Assembly (NCBI GenBank): GCA_042564455.1
Contig: JBHPLC010000005.1
Location: 481-64,480, forward strand
DNA from: Candidatus Zhuqueibacterota bacterium
GTDB lineage: Bacteria > SM23-31
DNA: 64,000 bases
Reading direction: 5' to 3'
The position numbers and the translations under genes were made by a program. The notes beneath the pieces are model-generated. The model ran no database searches and was not told the DNA's origin. It worked only from the letters and a program-made list of their open reading frames with translations. Of the stretch, positions 1-9,062 are shown in pieces. Position 1 is the first letter of the stretch; the number at the start of each line of letters is the position of its first letter.

Positions 1-764
1 TCATTGTAGGTCACCTCATAACCTGCTGCACGAAGATCAGGAACAATGCTCAATCTGCTGTAAATCACAGGCAGTATATTATCCAAAGTACCGTGTGAGA
101 TATAAATTTTAGGTTTGCCTACAAAAGCATTAGTCTGCAGATAAAATCCTGGAGAGTATGCAACAATATGACTGAACAGGTCTCCATTTATAAGCCCGAG
201 TGATAACGCGTACGAAGCACCGTCCGAAAAACCTCCTAACACCAGCCGCGTAGGATCAATACGACAGCGTTCAAACGTGTGCTGCAGTGCCCGATCCAAA
301 AAATTGACATCCGGTCCGTAACTGCCAAGAACAAGATCCCAAGTGTATGAACGCGACTCCGGAACCAGAAGGATCATACCTCTTGCTTCCATACGAGCGT
401 GATAACTCTCCCAGTCGCTGCTTGATCCACCGGCACCGTGGAGAGCCACAAAGAGTGGTGCAGCAGTATCCGGAGAGTAACTCTCCGGTACGTAAAGGAT
501 CCCGTCCCGACTATTCTCAAGACCGAGCCGGCTGAGCCCGATTGTGGGTGATAAGCTCGGTAATTCCGGTCTTGCGGTAAGTTTTGGGCTGTAGACTGGT
601 GCGGTTGTTGGTGTGGAATCATTACAGCTCATTAAAATCGGTGCAGCTAACGCACCCATGCTGCACTTTAGGAAGCTGCGTCTGTTGATATCTGACAGGC
701 GTTGGATGTGCGTCCATCGACCAACACCTTTATTCAAAATGATTGTATTTTTTCGATTTGCCAT
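1..764 (-). CDS. alpha/beta-hydrolase esterase (phospholipase/carboxylesterase or PHB-depolymerase type) with Tat signal; 3' end lies outside the window
   Basis: Absent from the ORF track because no stop falls inside the window. Reading the minus strand from ATG at 764-762 stays open to position 1: MANRKNTIILNKGVGRWTHIQRLSDINRRSFLKCSMGALAAPILMSC...PLFVALHGAGGSS...RLVLGGFSDGASYAL. It has a twin-arginine RRSFLK motif and a G-F-S-D-G nucleophile elbow. Confidence 0.6.
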   Translation of the reverse strand, partial: MANRKNTIILNKGVGRWTHIQRLSDINRRSFLKCSMGALAAPILMSCNDSTPTTAPVYSPKLTARPELPSLSPTIGLSRLGLENSRDGILYVPESYSPDTAAPLFVALHGAGGSSSDWESYHARMEARGMILLVPESRSYTWDLVLGSYGPDVNFLDRALQHTFERCRIDPTRLVLGGFSDGASYALSLGLINGDLFSHIVAYSPGFYLQTNAFVGKPKIYISHGTLDNILPVIYSRLSIVPDLRAAGYEVTYN

Positions 765-1031
765 GATTTATTTTGATTAATAGATTCTCTGGTTCAGAAT
801 CTCCGTTTCATCATTCAGATGGCAAAAAATCAGCATATTATTCTAAATATACTCAAATACAATTTCTAATAAGTTCAACTTTTTAATTACTTCAGAATCA
901 GAGTCCTGACGAAATTCAAATACCAACCTCTCTCTTATGGAATTATCTTAAACAAACTGCCTAATAACTTTTGGGAGTTAATTATCCTAATTGCTCTGAA
1001 CCGCCACAAATACAGGAAAGCACTTCACTCG

Positions 1032-2297
1032 CTATTTTACAACCACACACTTCATCTGTTTCTGGTCTCGAATCAGAAGCTTTCCATCTGACAGCGCCAG
1101 CGGTGCCCAGCATACATCGGTATCGAGCAGTTTGGCTTTTGCCAATTGTTTGAATCCTTCAGGATCCGGCTCGATAAGATACAGGAAACCTTCGTTGCCG
1201 TCGACAGCAAGAAAAAGTCCATCAACAAGTATAAAACCACCCTTATCAAACAGGGGCAAACGCTTTGTTTTCCACTTCACATTGCCATCAAGATCCATGC
1301 AAACCATTCCTTCCCTGGTTTCATTAGTGCTGGTGTTACCATATAGATGTCCATCGTAAAGAATGGCGGGATGAACATGTGTACCGAAATCTCTATAACC
1401 AACTTTGTAGAGTTCATTAACGACAAAGGCACCACCCTCTTTTTCCACTCTTATCATTACCGAACCGGCTCTATAGCCTCCGGTTATAAAGATTCTTCCA
1501 TCACCAATTTCTGTTACATTCGGAATAGGAATACTGCAATCCCAGCCATTATAGGACCAAAGGATTTTTCCGGTTCCAATCTCCATTCCCACGACCGGGC
1601 CATTAGCTGTAACCATGGCAAGCTGGTCATCACCTTCGATATTTATAAGTTTTGGAGAAACATAACCTACTTCACCCGGAAGTGCCGGCGAAGTCCAACG
1701 GATATCGCCTGTAATTTTGTCATATGCTACAACTCCTGCTTCATTTGTTTGCGATGCCAATATCAGCATATCCTCATAAATCAACGGATTCTGGGTAATT
1801 GCCCACCTCGGTATTTCCCCTCCGCCGAAATCTGTCCATACATTTTTTTCCCAAACAACTTTGTGGGTATTTTTATCAATACAGTGAACATGACCAAAAG
1901 CGCCACAGGTATAGATATAGTCTCCTTCAATAGTAGGTACAGACCGGGAACCGTTACGGTCAAATTCTCCTGGTGCATCATAAGCAAATGTCCATAACTC
2001 ATCCCCTGTAATTAAGTCGATGCAGCGAAGTACGTCCTGTTCACTGCTCACTCTATCAAGAACATATACCTTACCATCGCTCACTGCCGCTCCGCCAAAA
2101 CCCTCGCCAAGCGGAAAAGTCCATAATACTTCAGGTCCATCATCGGGCCATGAACGTTTTATTCCCGTTTCCGTTGAAATTCCGTTCCGGTTTGGTCCAA
2201 GATATTGCGGCCAATCGGCAGCCAGACTAACGCAGCACACCATCAAAACGAGTATTATTACCAGTGCTCGATTTTTTTTCAACATTATTACCTCCAA
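1032..2297 (-). CDS. PQQ-like beta-propeller repeat protein, secreted
   Basis: 421 aa with an N-terminal signal peptide, then DWPQYLGPNRNG...VLWTFPLGEGFGGAAVSDGKVYVLDR and repeated propeller blades. Paralogue of 40584..41885. Confidence 0.8.
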   Translation of the reverse strand: MEVIMLKKNRALVIILVLMVCCVSLAADWPQYLGPNRNGISTETGIKRSWPDDGPEVLWTFPLGEGFGGAAVSDGKVYVLDRVSSEQDVLRCIDLITGDELWTFAYDAPGEFDRNGSRSVPTIEGDYIYTCGAFGHVHCIDKNTHKVVWEKNVWTDFGGGEIPRWAITQNPLIYEDMLILASQTNEAGVVAYDKITGDIRWTSPALPGEVGYVSPKLINIEGDDQLAMVTANGPVVGMEIGTGKILWSYNGWDCSIPIPNVTEIGDGRIFITGGYRAGSVMIRVEKEGGAFVVNELYKVGYRDFGTHVHPAILYDGHLYGNTSTNETREGMVCMDLDGNVKWKTKRLPLFDKGGFILVDGLFLAVDGNEGFLYLIEPDPEGFKQLAKAKLLDTDVCWAPLALSDGKLLIRDQKQMKCVVVK

Positions 2298-2620
2298 TGT
2301 AAATACATAAATTGATTAATGTAATGTAATATTAAACATTGTAAAAATCAAATTACTATTTATTTATTGATTCACTGACTTTGGTTAATCACGAATTATT
2401 TAAAAGACGAACAAACTTGAATAAAGATATCTTATTCTTTCAAAGATTTAATAATCTGAAGATATAGCTAAATTTAGTTTCAATTTGTTAAATGTCAATA
2501 AAAAAGCGAAATCACATTTGTTGTAAATTCGCTTCTCCATTAGGTTTATGTCTTGTGGGCTCTGTCCCGCATCTTGCGGGACAACCCGCAGATCTGTCCC
2601 CAAAATGTAAAAACGGGAAC

Positions 2621-2657
2621 TCACACTGAAACATGTAGTTCCCATTCGCTTTACTCG
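2621..2657 (-). pseudogene. orphan 3' stub of a kinase/cyclase-TPR family gene (RVK..WE.. tail), frameshifted
   Basis: The minus strand reads cga gta aag cga a tgg gaa cta cat gtt tca gtg tga. This resembles the RVKYEWENFEV-stop end of the intact gene at 42701 but needs a 1-nt frameshift. Confidence 0.35.
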
Positions 2658-2700
2658 TGGGCCCTGGAGGACTCGAACCTCCGACCCACTGATTATGAGT
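2658..2700 (-). pseudogene. tRNA 3' half fragment (CAU anticodon loop, T-arm, acceptor 3' strand); no 5' half
   Basis: The minus strand reads ctcataa-tcagt-gggtc-ggagg-ttcgagt-cctcc-agggccc-a. It has a canonical T-arm and a CUCAUAA loop, but the upstream sequence cannot form the anticodon-stem 5' strand, the D-arm or the acceptor 5' strand. Confidence 0.6.
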
Positions 2701-2832
2701 TGGTAGGTTTTTGTAGTAATATTGTGATTCTAAATAACTGATATCATTAAACTTACAGCATGGTCGTCGTAATTATTTAGAACTGTTTTCCTTTACACCA
2801 TTGAGCACGAATTCACACCGTTTCACACCAAA

Positions 2833-2917
2833 ATTGGCGAGAATTGGCAAGGTGGTGGTTTTTTTTACAACATAAAGGAATGCCTTTAAAAACAAATAAA
2901 ATAATCTTGCCAATTTG
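2833..2917. repeat. hairpin-forming repeat, copy 1 (attggcgagaattggcaagg ... aaaaacaaataaaataatcttgccaa)
   Basis: Direct repeat of 4667-4725. The internal inverted repeat is ttggcaag / cttgccaa. The two copies flank the aminotransferase gene. Confidence 0.7.
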
Positions 2918-3259
2918 GCCTTAGAAGTATTTTATAATACATTTATGAGCCGCTAATATATATAAATTTTGTTAATCTCCGTCAATTTATATCAATGGAT
3001 TAATTCAGATTTAAAAAAACATTTACTAACTGTCTCTTAACTTTTGAGTAGTTATTTGTCCGAATTGATCTGAACTGCTGCAAGAGGCACCAGAATCCGG
3101 GAAAGATGGAAAGAAAAAAAGACTTGATTAATCTATATATATCTCTTAATTTCTTATTCAATCACTTCAACTTATAATTTTAAAATAAACTCATTTTGTC
3201 TTAATTTATCAATAAATTATCTGAGATTTAATTATTCCATTTAATTTAGAGGAAAGATA

Positions 3260-4579
3260 ATGAAAAGGAGAGAGTTTTTCGGGAAAGCAGGGTGTGGCCT
3301 TGCCGGTGTCTTTGCAACCGATCTGAGTTTAATGCCATCCGATAAAAGTGAAATGGCCAAACCTGAACACCAGAATATCCTTACAAGGAAGAATTCAGAT
3401 ACTGAAGAAGTATCCTTTGGAAAACCAATTGATATTGAATCGGTCAGAAAAGATTTTCCGCCACTTCAGAAATTCGGTGCCTATCTGGATACTGCCTTTG
3501 TGGGTCTCATGCCCCGTCAGATCAAGGAAGCTCATACAGCATTCCTTGAAGAGCGGCTGGAGTTTGGTCCCTTCCCAACTGATCGGTCTATCCTTGGCCA
3601 CTGGATGAGCAGAACAGAGGAAGTTAGAGTAAAACTATCAGATTTTCTCGGTGCTCAGCCGAATGAAATAGCATTTACCTACTGCACAGGCTGCGGATCT
3701 AATATCGCATTAAACGGAATAGACTGGAAGAAAGGGGATAATGCTGTCATAGACGATCTCCAGTATCCGACTGATTTTCATGTGCTGAACGCTCTCAAGA
3801 AAAAGGGTGTAGAGATAAGGATCGCCCGGAACACAGGTGGTGCTGTTCCTCTGGAAAAATTTGAAGCCCTGACCGACAGCCGAACACGAGTATTTGTTGT
3901 AAGCCATGTCAGTTACTTAAACGGTTACAGACACGATCTTAAGAAACTTGCCGAAATCATCCATGCCCGAAAAGGTTATCTTATAGTCGACAGTGCTCAG
4001 GCCATTGGTGGATTCAGGATCAATGTAAAGGAAGAAGATGTTGATTTCATGTCCGGTATTCCGTATAAATGGCTAAATGGACCCAATGGTGTCGGATTCC
4101 TATATGTTAATGGGAAACATATTCCAGAATTCATGCCTGACAGGCTGGGCTGGGCAAGTACAAATGATTTCAAATCTCTGAATACGATGGAGAGCAATCC
4201 ACTTCCGGAGAATGCACGGCGGTATGAATACGGCACTCTCAGCTTCGAGGGAATATATGCGCTGGATGCGGCGCTTGATTATATCAACAGGATCGGTATT
4301 GAGACGGTAGAACAACAAAACCTTAAGTTGATACGCCTGCTTCGTGAAGAACTTCGTAAAATGAAAGTTGACTTTTTTACGCCGGAGAATAACGAAGCAC
4401 CTATATTATCATTCTTTATTGAAGACTATAGAAAAATTGGTAGAGAACTAAAAGAGAAAGGTGTCTATATTACGGCTCGACGCTGGGGCAAAGCGCAGGC
4501 GCGAGTATCCCCGCATTTTTATAACAATGAGGATGATATCCATCTGTTTATTGACACTCTCTCTGAAGTCATGAAATAA
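3260..4579 (+). CDS. class V aminotransferase-fold PLP enzyme (cysteine desulfurase / selenocysteine lyase-like) with Tat signal
   Basis: 439 aa. N-terminus is MKRREFFGKAGCGLAGVFA (twin-arginine). The body matches the class V fold pattern (LDTAFVG..., VVSHVSYLNGYRHDL, DSAQAIG, ...YKWLNGPNGVGFLYV). An RBS ggagga lies upstream. Confidence 0.8.
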   Translation: MKRREFFGKAGCGLAGVFATDLSLMPSDKSEMAKPEHQNILTRKNSDTEEVSFGKPIDIESVRKDFPPLQKFGAYLDTAFVGLMPRQIKEAHTAFLEERLEFGPFPTDRSILGHWMSRTEEVRVKLSDFLGAQPNEIAFTYCTGCGSNIALNGIDWKKGDNAVIDDLQYPTDFHVLNALKKKGVEIRIARNTGGAVPLEKFEALTDSRTRVFVVSHVSYLNGYRHDLKKLAEIIHARKGYLIVDSAQAIGGFRINVKEEDVDFMSGIPYKWLNGPNGVGFLYVNGKHIPEFMPDRLGWASTNDFKSLNTMESNPLPENARRYEYGTLSFEGIYALDAALDYINRIGIETVEQQNLKLIRLLREELRKMKVDFFTPENNEAPILSFFIEDYRKIGRELKEKGVYITARRWGKAQARVSPHFYNNEDDIHLFIDTLSEVMK

Positions 4580-4666
4580 ATGCAGACATTCTGATCTAAC
4601 AAATTTTGTATAGTTTTGATTGTTTCTTTCCGAAAAGCAGTAAACTACAGCTCATTCTGAGCACAG

Positions 4667-4725
4667 ATTGGCGAGAATTGGCAAGGTAACAAAATTAAAA
4701 ACAAATAAAATAATCTTGCCAAATT
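4667..4725. repeat. hairpin-forming repeat, copy 2
   Basis: attggcgagaattggcaaggtaacaaaattaaaaacaaataaaataatcttgccaa. Same ends as 2833-2917 but with a shorter loop. Confidence 0.7.
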
Positions 4726-4744
4726 GTAGCGGTTCAGAATAATG

Positions 4745-5188
4745 CTAACCCATAGCTACCATTTTCCAGCTGCCGTCAGCCTGTTTCTTCCAGACTTCAA
4801 CAAATCCACCTCTAGAATGAACCTCTGTCTGTTCTTCATTAATCCTGACATTGTCAAATTTGCCGAAAGTATATGCAAGATCTCCGGAGCCTGATACTTC
4901 TACTTTTTCGACCTTCCAGTCCCATTTCCGCTCTTGTTCGAACCATGTTTCACAGAGCTCTCTCATTCTCTCTTTATCTCTTAGGCCTGTTGTACCGGAT
5001 ACAGCCTGTTTGAAATCATCTGAAAAAAAGGACATAACGAGTTCAATATCCTTATCATTACACGCTTTTAAATACGCGGTATCAGCCGCAAGAACCGCTG
5101 CTTTCTCAGCTTCAATGTCAACACTCTGACCGCAGCCGGTGATCAAAAAAGTTGCGATGATCATCAGTAATACAATTGTTTTTCTCAT
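4745..5188 (-). CDS. SnoaL-like / DUF4440-type lipoprotein
   Basis: 147 aa with lipobox LITGC after a signal peptide. The NTF2-like pattern ends in GGFVEVWKKQADGSWKMVA. Paralogue of 42181..42663. Confidence 0.6.
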   Translation of the reverse strand: MRKTIVLLMIIATFLITGCGQSVDIEAEKAAVLAADTAYLKACNDKDIELVMSFFSDDFKQAVSGTTGLRDKERMRELCETWFEQERKWDWKVEKVEVSGSGDLAYTFGKFDNVRINEEQTEVHSRGGFVEVWKKQADGSWKMVAMG

Positions 5189-5225
5189 GTTACTTTCCTC
5201 AATTTATGAAAAATTTACGCTGTTC

Positions 5226-5267
5226 TCACTCCTCAAAGTTCTCCCACTCGTGTTTAACGCTACCAGG
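5226..5267 (-). pseudogene. orphan 3' stub of a kinase-TPR family gene
   Basis: The minus strand reads PGSVKHEWENFEE-stop. The nucleotides align to 42701-42745, the end of the intact kinase, in the same position upstream of the SnoaL-like paralogue. Confidence 0.6.
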
Positions 5268-5279
5268 CGTTGCTACTTT

Positions 5280-6200
5280 TTATTTTTCTATCAATGTATA
5301 GATTGCCTCTGCGAACTTGCTGCCAAGATCGATATATCCCTCTGTGTCATAATGGTATGTATCAGAATATTCGTAATTATCGGTTGATGTGACTAGAACC
5401 GCATTACCGTCTTGCCGCACGAATTCTGCCTGTGCCTCCCTGATAATATCTCCGAAATCCCAGACTTTTCCATCCTCAACGTTACCTGAATCCGTAATCC
5501 TTCCTATTGCTACGGGAAGGTCATCTGTTTCGAATGCTTTCCTGACCTGTTCCATCAGCCGGTTCAGGTTATCATCATACCTCTGCGCTATCTCACTTGA
5601 ATAGGCCCCATCACACTCACCTTGCATCCACAGAATGCCGGCTGATACAAGCTTATCGGTTTTCCCGTCGCCGTCAATATCCTTAAAGGAAAGGGCGTTT
5701 TTCACCGTAGCAAGAAAATGATCGAACTGATTTATACTGTTCCCGGACGTATAATCAGGTTCCCAACAACCAAATCTTCCGGCAGCGGCAGAATCGATCG
5801 AAGTGCCTCCCCGGGAATACTTTATAATAGCGATCTTCGAATCCGGATCCATATCAAGCATGCTGTGTGCAAAGGTCAATTCAAGCCCGAACCTTCCGGA
5901 ATAATTGTTTGTAACACCGTCCGACGTAAAACCGACACCGTGCCCCGGCTGAAGTTTTGCCCAGATGCCCCTGCCGTCAACATCAACAGTATCGGGAGAG
6001 GTATTGCCATGAAAAATCATAGCTCCGTCCACTTTATTATTTAGCTCAACAGGCAGCTCATTTACATAACCATAACCGTCCATATTAGACTGGCCGCCCA
6101 GGAAATAAAGGCGATATACTGTACCCTCAGGTTCCTTTTGACAATGAAACAGGGAAACAGCAAGTATAAGTAAAATAGAAATTACAGGTTTTAGTTTCAT
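5280..6200 (-). CDS. SASA/DUF303-type carbohydrate esterase (sialate O-acetylesterase-like)
   Basis: 306 aa with a signal peptide. It has the YRLYFLGGQSNMDGYGY motif typical of this esterase family, then ILWMQGECD. Confidence 0.7.
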   Translation of the reverse strand: MKLKPVISILLILAVSLFHCQKEPEGTVYRLYFLGGQSNMDGYGYVNELPVELNNKVDGAMIFHGNTSPDTVDVDGRGIWAKLQPGHGVGFTSDGVTNNYSGRFGLELTFAHSMLDMDPDSKIAIIKYSRGGTSIDSAAAGRFGCWEPDYTSGNSINQFDHFLATVKNALSFKDIDGDGKTDKLVSAGILWMQGECDGAYSSEIAQRYDDNLNRLMEQVRKAFETDDLPVAIGRITDSGNVEDGKVWDFGDIIREAQAEFVRQDGNAVLVTSTDNYEYSDTYHYDTEGYIDLGSKFAEAIYTLIEK

Positions 6201-6264
6201 AGGTAATTCCTCAGGTATTATTTAATACATTTTAGTGCTACTTAACACGGTTAAACTGTAAAAT

Positions 6265-6330
6265 TATCTCATTCGTGCTTTACTCTCTCCATGATCCCGC
6301 AGAGCGGGATTGAACCGCTCCTCACCACAA
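6265..6330 (-). pseudogene. orphan 3' stub of a kinase-TPR family gene (frameshifted)
   Basis: The minus strand reads ..GEERFNPALRDHGE.. in one frame and ..RVKHE-stop in another. gaaccgctcctcaccac aligns to aaaccgctcctcgccgc at 42763-42779. Confidence 0.5.
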
Positions 6331-6350
6331 ATTTTTTGTTTTCACTTAAT

Positions 6351-6965
6351 TTATGATACATTCTCTTTCAATAATCTTTCCACTTCATCCTTTTGAGTCG
6401 GACGTACAGGAAAAGACACGGTCTGAAATATAGGTAAACGTCTTTTTAATTTTAACGACAGAATATTTTCCTTTTTGCCTTCCCATTTGTATGATTTGAT
6501 CTTTTCAAAAAGCACAAAAAAACCTGCGCTTGTGATTCCTTTTTTACTGATTTTTGAACCCTTTAATCCAATAATCAGAAAGCATACTCCAAAAGATAGA
6601 ACACAAATAAATCCAATTATCCCGTCAAAATCAGGTTTATTCATTATGGTGTTATCAATTAGGTCAATCGTACCGCTAATTATAAATAATATTCCTATAA
6701 ATATGTTTAATTTGTCATATCTTAATTTTCCGAGGTTCAGTAGCACATCACCTGCCCGCCTTTTACGCCGATATCTCAAAATATAGATAACCCATATAAA
6801 GATCGTACAAAGAAAAAACCAAACCGTAACTGGCCGCAATCCCCAGAATTCAGGAAGAATTTTCTTAAACCCAAAATATATAAGCCCGATTGTCCCTAAA
6901 CAAATTACTATGCCTATCAAGCCTATTAAAGCTCTCTTAACATAAAACCAAGTATAATTACTCAA
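6351..6965 (-). CDS. membrane protein, unknown function
   Basis: 204 aa with several hydrophobic helices and a soluble C-terminal tail. I recognise no family. Confidence 0.5.
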   Translation of the reverse strand: MSNYTWFYVKRALIGLIGIVICLGTIGLIYFGFKKILPEFWGLRPVTVWFFLCTIFIWVIYILRYRRKRRAGDVLLNLGKLRYDKLNIFIGILFIISGTIDLIDNTIMNKPDFDGIIGFICVLSFGVCFLIIGLKGSKISKKGITSAGFFVLFEKIKSYKWEGKKENILSLKLKRRLPIFQTVSFPVRPTQKDEVERLLKENVS

Positions 6966-6983
6966 ATTCTTCTCCTGTAATGT

Positions 6984-7358
6984 TTAATCTAACTGCCCCC
7001 AAGCTGCTCTTTCCTTGCCAATATGAAGAACACCATATAATATGGCAAGAAGTATCAATTCAATAATTATCACAAATATTTCATATCCTATTATTATTTC
7101 AACAATAATATCAAAAACTATAACAAAACATAATCCGTAGAAACCCCACTTTTGCCATCTGAATAATGCAATCGCACAGATAAAATTAATATAACCCAAT
7201 ATTGCATGAAGAGGGAAAAACCAAGCAGGCGTATATTCTGGATATGTGCTTTTTATGGCATCAGAAGGATACAGATAAAATAGAGTTCGACCTGATCCTT
7301 CGAAAATTATTAGAACCAACAATACAGTAAGACACCAATGTCTTTGTTTTTCTTCCAA
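6984..7358 (-). CDS. small membrane protein, unknown function (TTG start)
   Basis: 124 aa with about four hydrophobic helices. A ggag sits 8 nt upstream of the TTG start. Confidence 0.5.
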   Translation of the reverse strand: MEEKQRHWCLTVLLVLIIFEGSGRTLFYLYPSDAIKSTYPEYTPAWFFPLHAILGYINFICAIALFRWQKWGFYGLCFVIVFDIIVEIIIGYEIFVIIIELILLAILYGVLHIGKERAAWGQLD

Positions 7359-7408
7359 AGTGTATACTCCAGTATTTATGAATAACGAATCATTTCAATA
7401 TTACTAAT

Positions 7409-7789
7409 TCAACTCAATTTTGTCTTTTTCTTCGCCTTGAAGTCCATCCAAATGGCAATAATAAATATTAGTATAGGCGAATAAAACAATACCAAATAAA
7501 ATCCTCTGAATATACCAGTGAGTGTGTCAAAATAATTATTCAGATTTATAATTGATACTAATCCCATAGTAAACGCATAGAATCCCAGGAATAATATAGA
7601 ACGCATTCTGAATATCCGCTGTTCTCTTTTGCATTTATGGTACTCAAAAAAAGCAATAAGAATCATTTGTATGCTGATAAAAATCATTGCTATGTCAAAA
7701 AAAATGTCTTCGTTGTACCGATAAAACAGCACAATACAGATAAATACTATAAATGCTACCAATATTTGCAATACCTTTTCTACACTCAT
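7409..7789 (-). CDS. small membrane protein, unknown function
   Basis: 126 aa with about four hydrophobic helices. Confidence 0.5.
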   Translation of the reverse strand: MSVEKVLQILVAFIVFICIVLFYRYNEDIFFDIAMIFISIQMILIAFFEYHKCKREQRIFRMRSILFLGFYAFTMGLVSIINLNNYFDTLTGIFRGFYLVLFYSPILIFIIAIWMDFKAKKKTKLS

Positions 7790-7805
7790 TAAATACTCCT
7801 AAAGA

Positions 7806-8102
7806 TTATTCCGTTTTACTTGAAACCTGCTTCTCCAGAGCCTGCAGCCGTTCTACTAATTCAAGATTTAATTTCCGTTGGTTCGCAAGGTGAAAACCAC
7901 TATAATAAGAACCGCCAATATAAAAACAAAACACCATAGTCATCGCCAAAATTAGTTCATTAGAATCTACTATCATTGTGATTGTAAATAAAATTAAGCC
8001 AACTATCATAAACAATATAGTTCCTATAATGTAAATATCTGGTCTTGACTTCAGTATTTTGTCTCTCTGCTCTAATATTTCATCGAATATATCACTCATC
8101 AC
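7806..8102 (-). CDS. small membrane protein with C-terminal coiled coil, unknown function
   Basis: 98 aa with two hydrophobic helices, then LNLELVERLQALEKQ. Confidence 0.45.
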   Translation of the reverse strand: MMSDIFDEILEQRDKILKSRPDIYIIGTILFMIVGLILFTITMIVDSNELILAMTMVFCFYIGGSYYSGFHLANQRKLNLELVERLQALEKQVSSKTE

Positions 8103-8162
8103 TATTCTCCTGTATAAAAGCTATGGTTATGCTTGAGTTTGATATGAACAACGAATCATTTC

Positions 8163-8990
8163 TTACTTCCTCATTTCCCGAACACAGCGGAATCCGATAT
8201 TGAAGTTCACACTGCTTGGGTCATGGCCGCCATACCGGTACGTGCTCCGAAGTTCTGAACTGTAGTCAGCCCAGCCCCCACCACGTGGGAAACGACTTGA
8301 ACCGTCATTAGGTCCTAAAGGATTTGTGACCGTACCTTGATCGTAGCACTCCTGGTAATAATACCTACCATACCAGTCCGAACACCACTCATAGACGTTA
8401 CCATGCATGTCGTACAGCCCCCAATCGTTTGGGAGTTTCTGACCAACCGGGTGCGTTTTCTTCCCGGAATTATCTAGATACCAAGCGTAATCTCCCAAGC
8501 GTGAATCATCATCCCCGTAACAGTACTCGGTCGTGCTCCCAGCACGGCAAGCATACTCCCACTCAGCTTCGGTCGGTAAACGGTAGGTATTTCCAGTTAA
8601 TTCTGAAAGCTTTTCTAGATATTCCTGAACATCATTCCATGAAACACTTTCTACGGGATGATCATCGTAACCAAGAAAACCGAGTAATGACACAAAGCTC
8701 TTAAAATTCGAGGGATTATTCCCCATCACAGACTTCCACTCCATCTGAGTAACTTCGTATTTGCCAATGTAAAACGAGTCGAGCTGAACCTTATGAGCAG
8801 TGTACTCAAAATTCTTTCCATTATCTTCACCCATCATGAAATCCCCTGCAGGAATTAAGACCATTTCTGGGATTATGGCTTCGATTGATGATTCACCGCA
8901 CTGCAGAAACATCATAACACAGATAAGTGCGACTGATACAATTCTAATACTCATCTCTATATCCCATAATTTATATAAACAACGAATCAC
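8163..8990 (-). CDS. formylglycine-generating-enzyme (FGE-sulfatase/SUMF1) domain protein
   Basis: MVLIPAGDFMMG...YIGKYEVTQMEWKSVMG...HPVESVSWNDVQEYL...RLPTEAEWEYACRAGS...GLYDMHGNVYEWCSDWY. The likely true start is the MSIRIVS methionine at 8954. Confidence 0.8.
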   Translation of the reverse strand: MIRCLYKLWDIEMSIRIVSVALICVMMFLQCGESSIEAIIPEMVLIPAGDFMMGEDNGKNFEYTAHKVQLDSFYIGKYEVTQMEWKSVMGNNPSNFKSFVSLLGFLGYDDHPVESVSWNDVQEYLEKLSELTGNTYRLPTEAEWEYACRAGSTTEYCYGDDDSRLGDYAWYLDNSGKKTHPVGQKLPNDWGLYDMHGNVYEWCSDWYGRYYYQECYDQGTVTNPLGPNDGSSRFPRGGGWADYSSELRSTYRYGGHDPSSVNFNIGFRCVREMRK

Positions 8991-9062
8991 TTTATACCAT
9001 TTAGAAATCTCTCACCATAAAGTTTCAAGATCCAGCAGCTGGAGATCAAACAGTCAAATAGT

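Noticed and set aside
6293-6322. tRNA-like T-arm (agcgg-ttcaatc-ccgct) with an adjacent hairpin, which at first looked like another tRNA fragment or att site.
   Set aside because: The segment aligns with the 3' coding region of the intact kinase-TPR gene (gaaccgctcctcaccac versus aaaccgctcctcgccgc at 42763-42779) and continues into the RVKHE tail. It is therefore part of a gene stub, not a tRNA.
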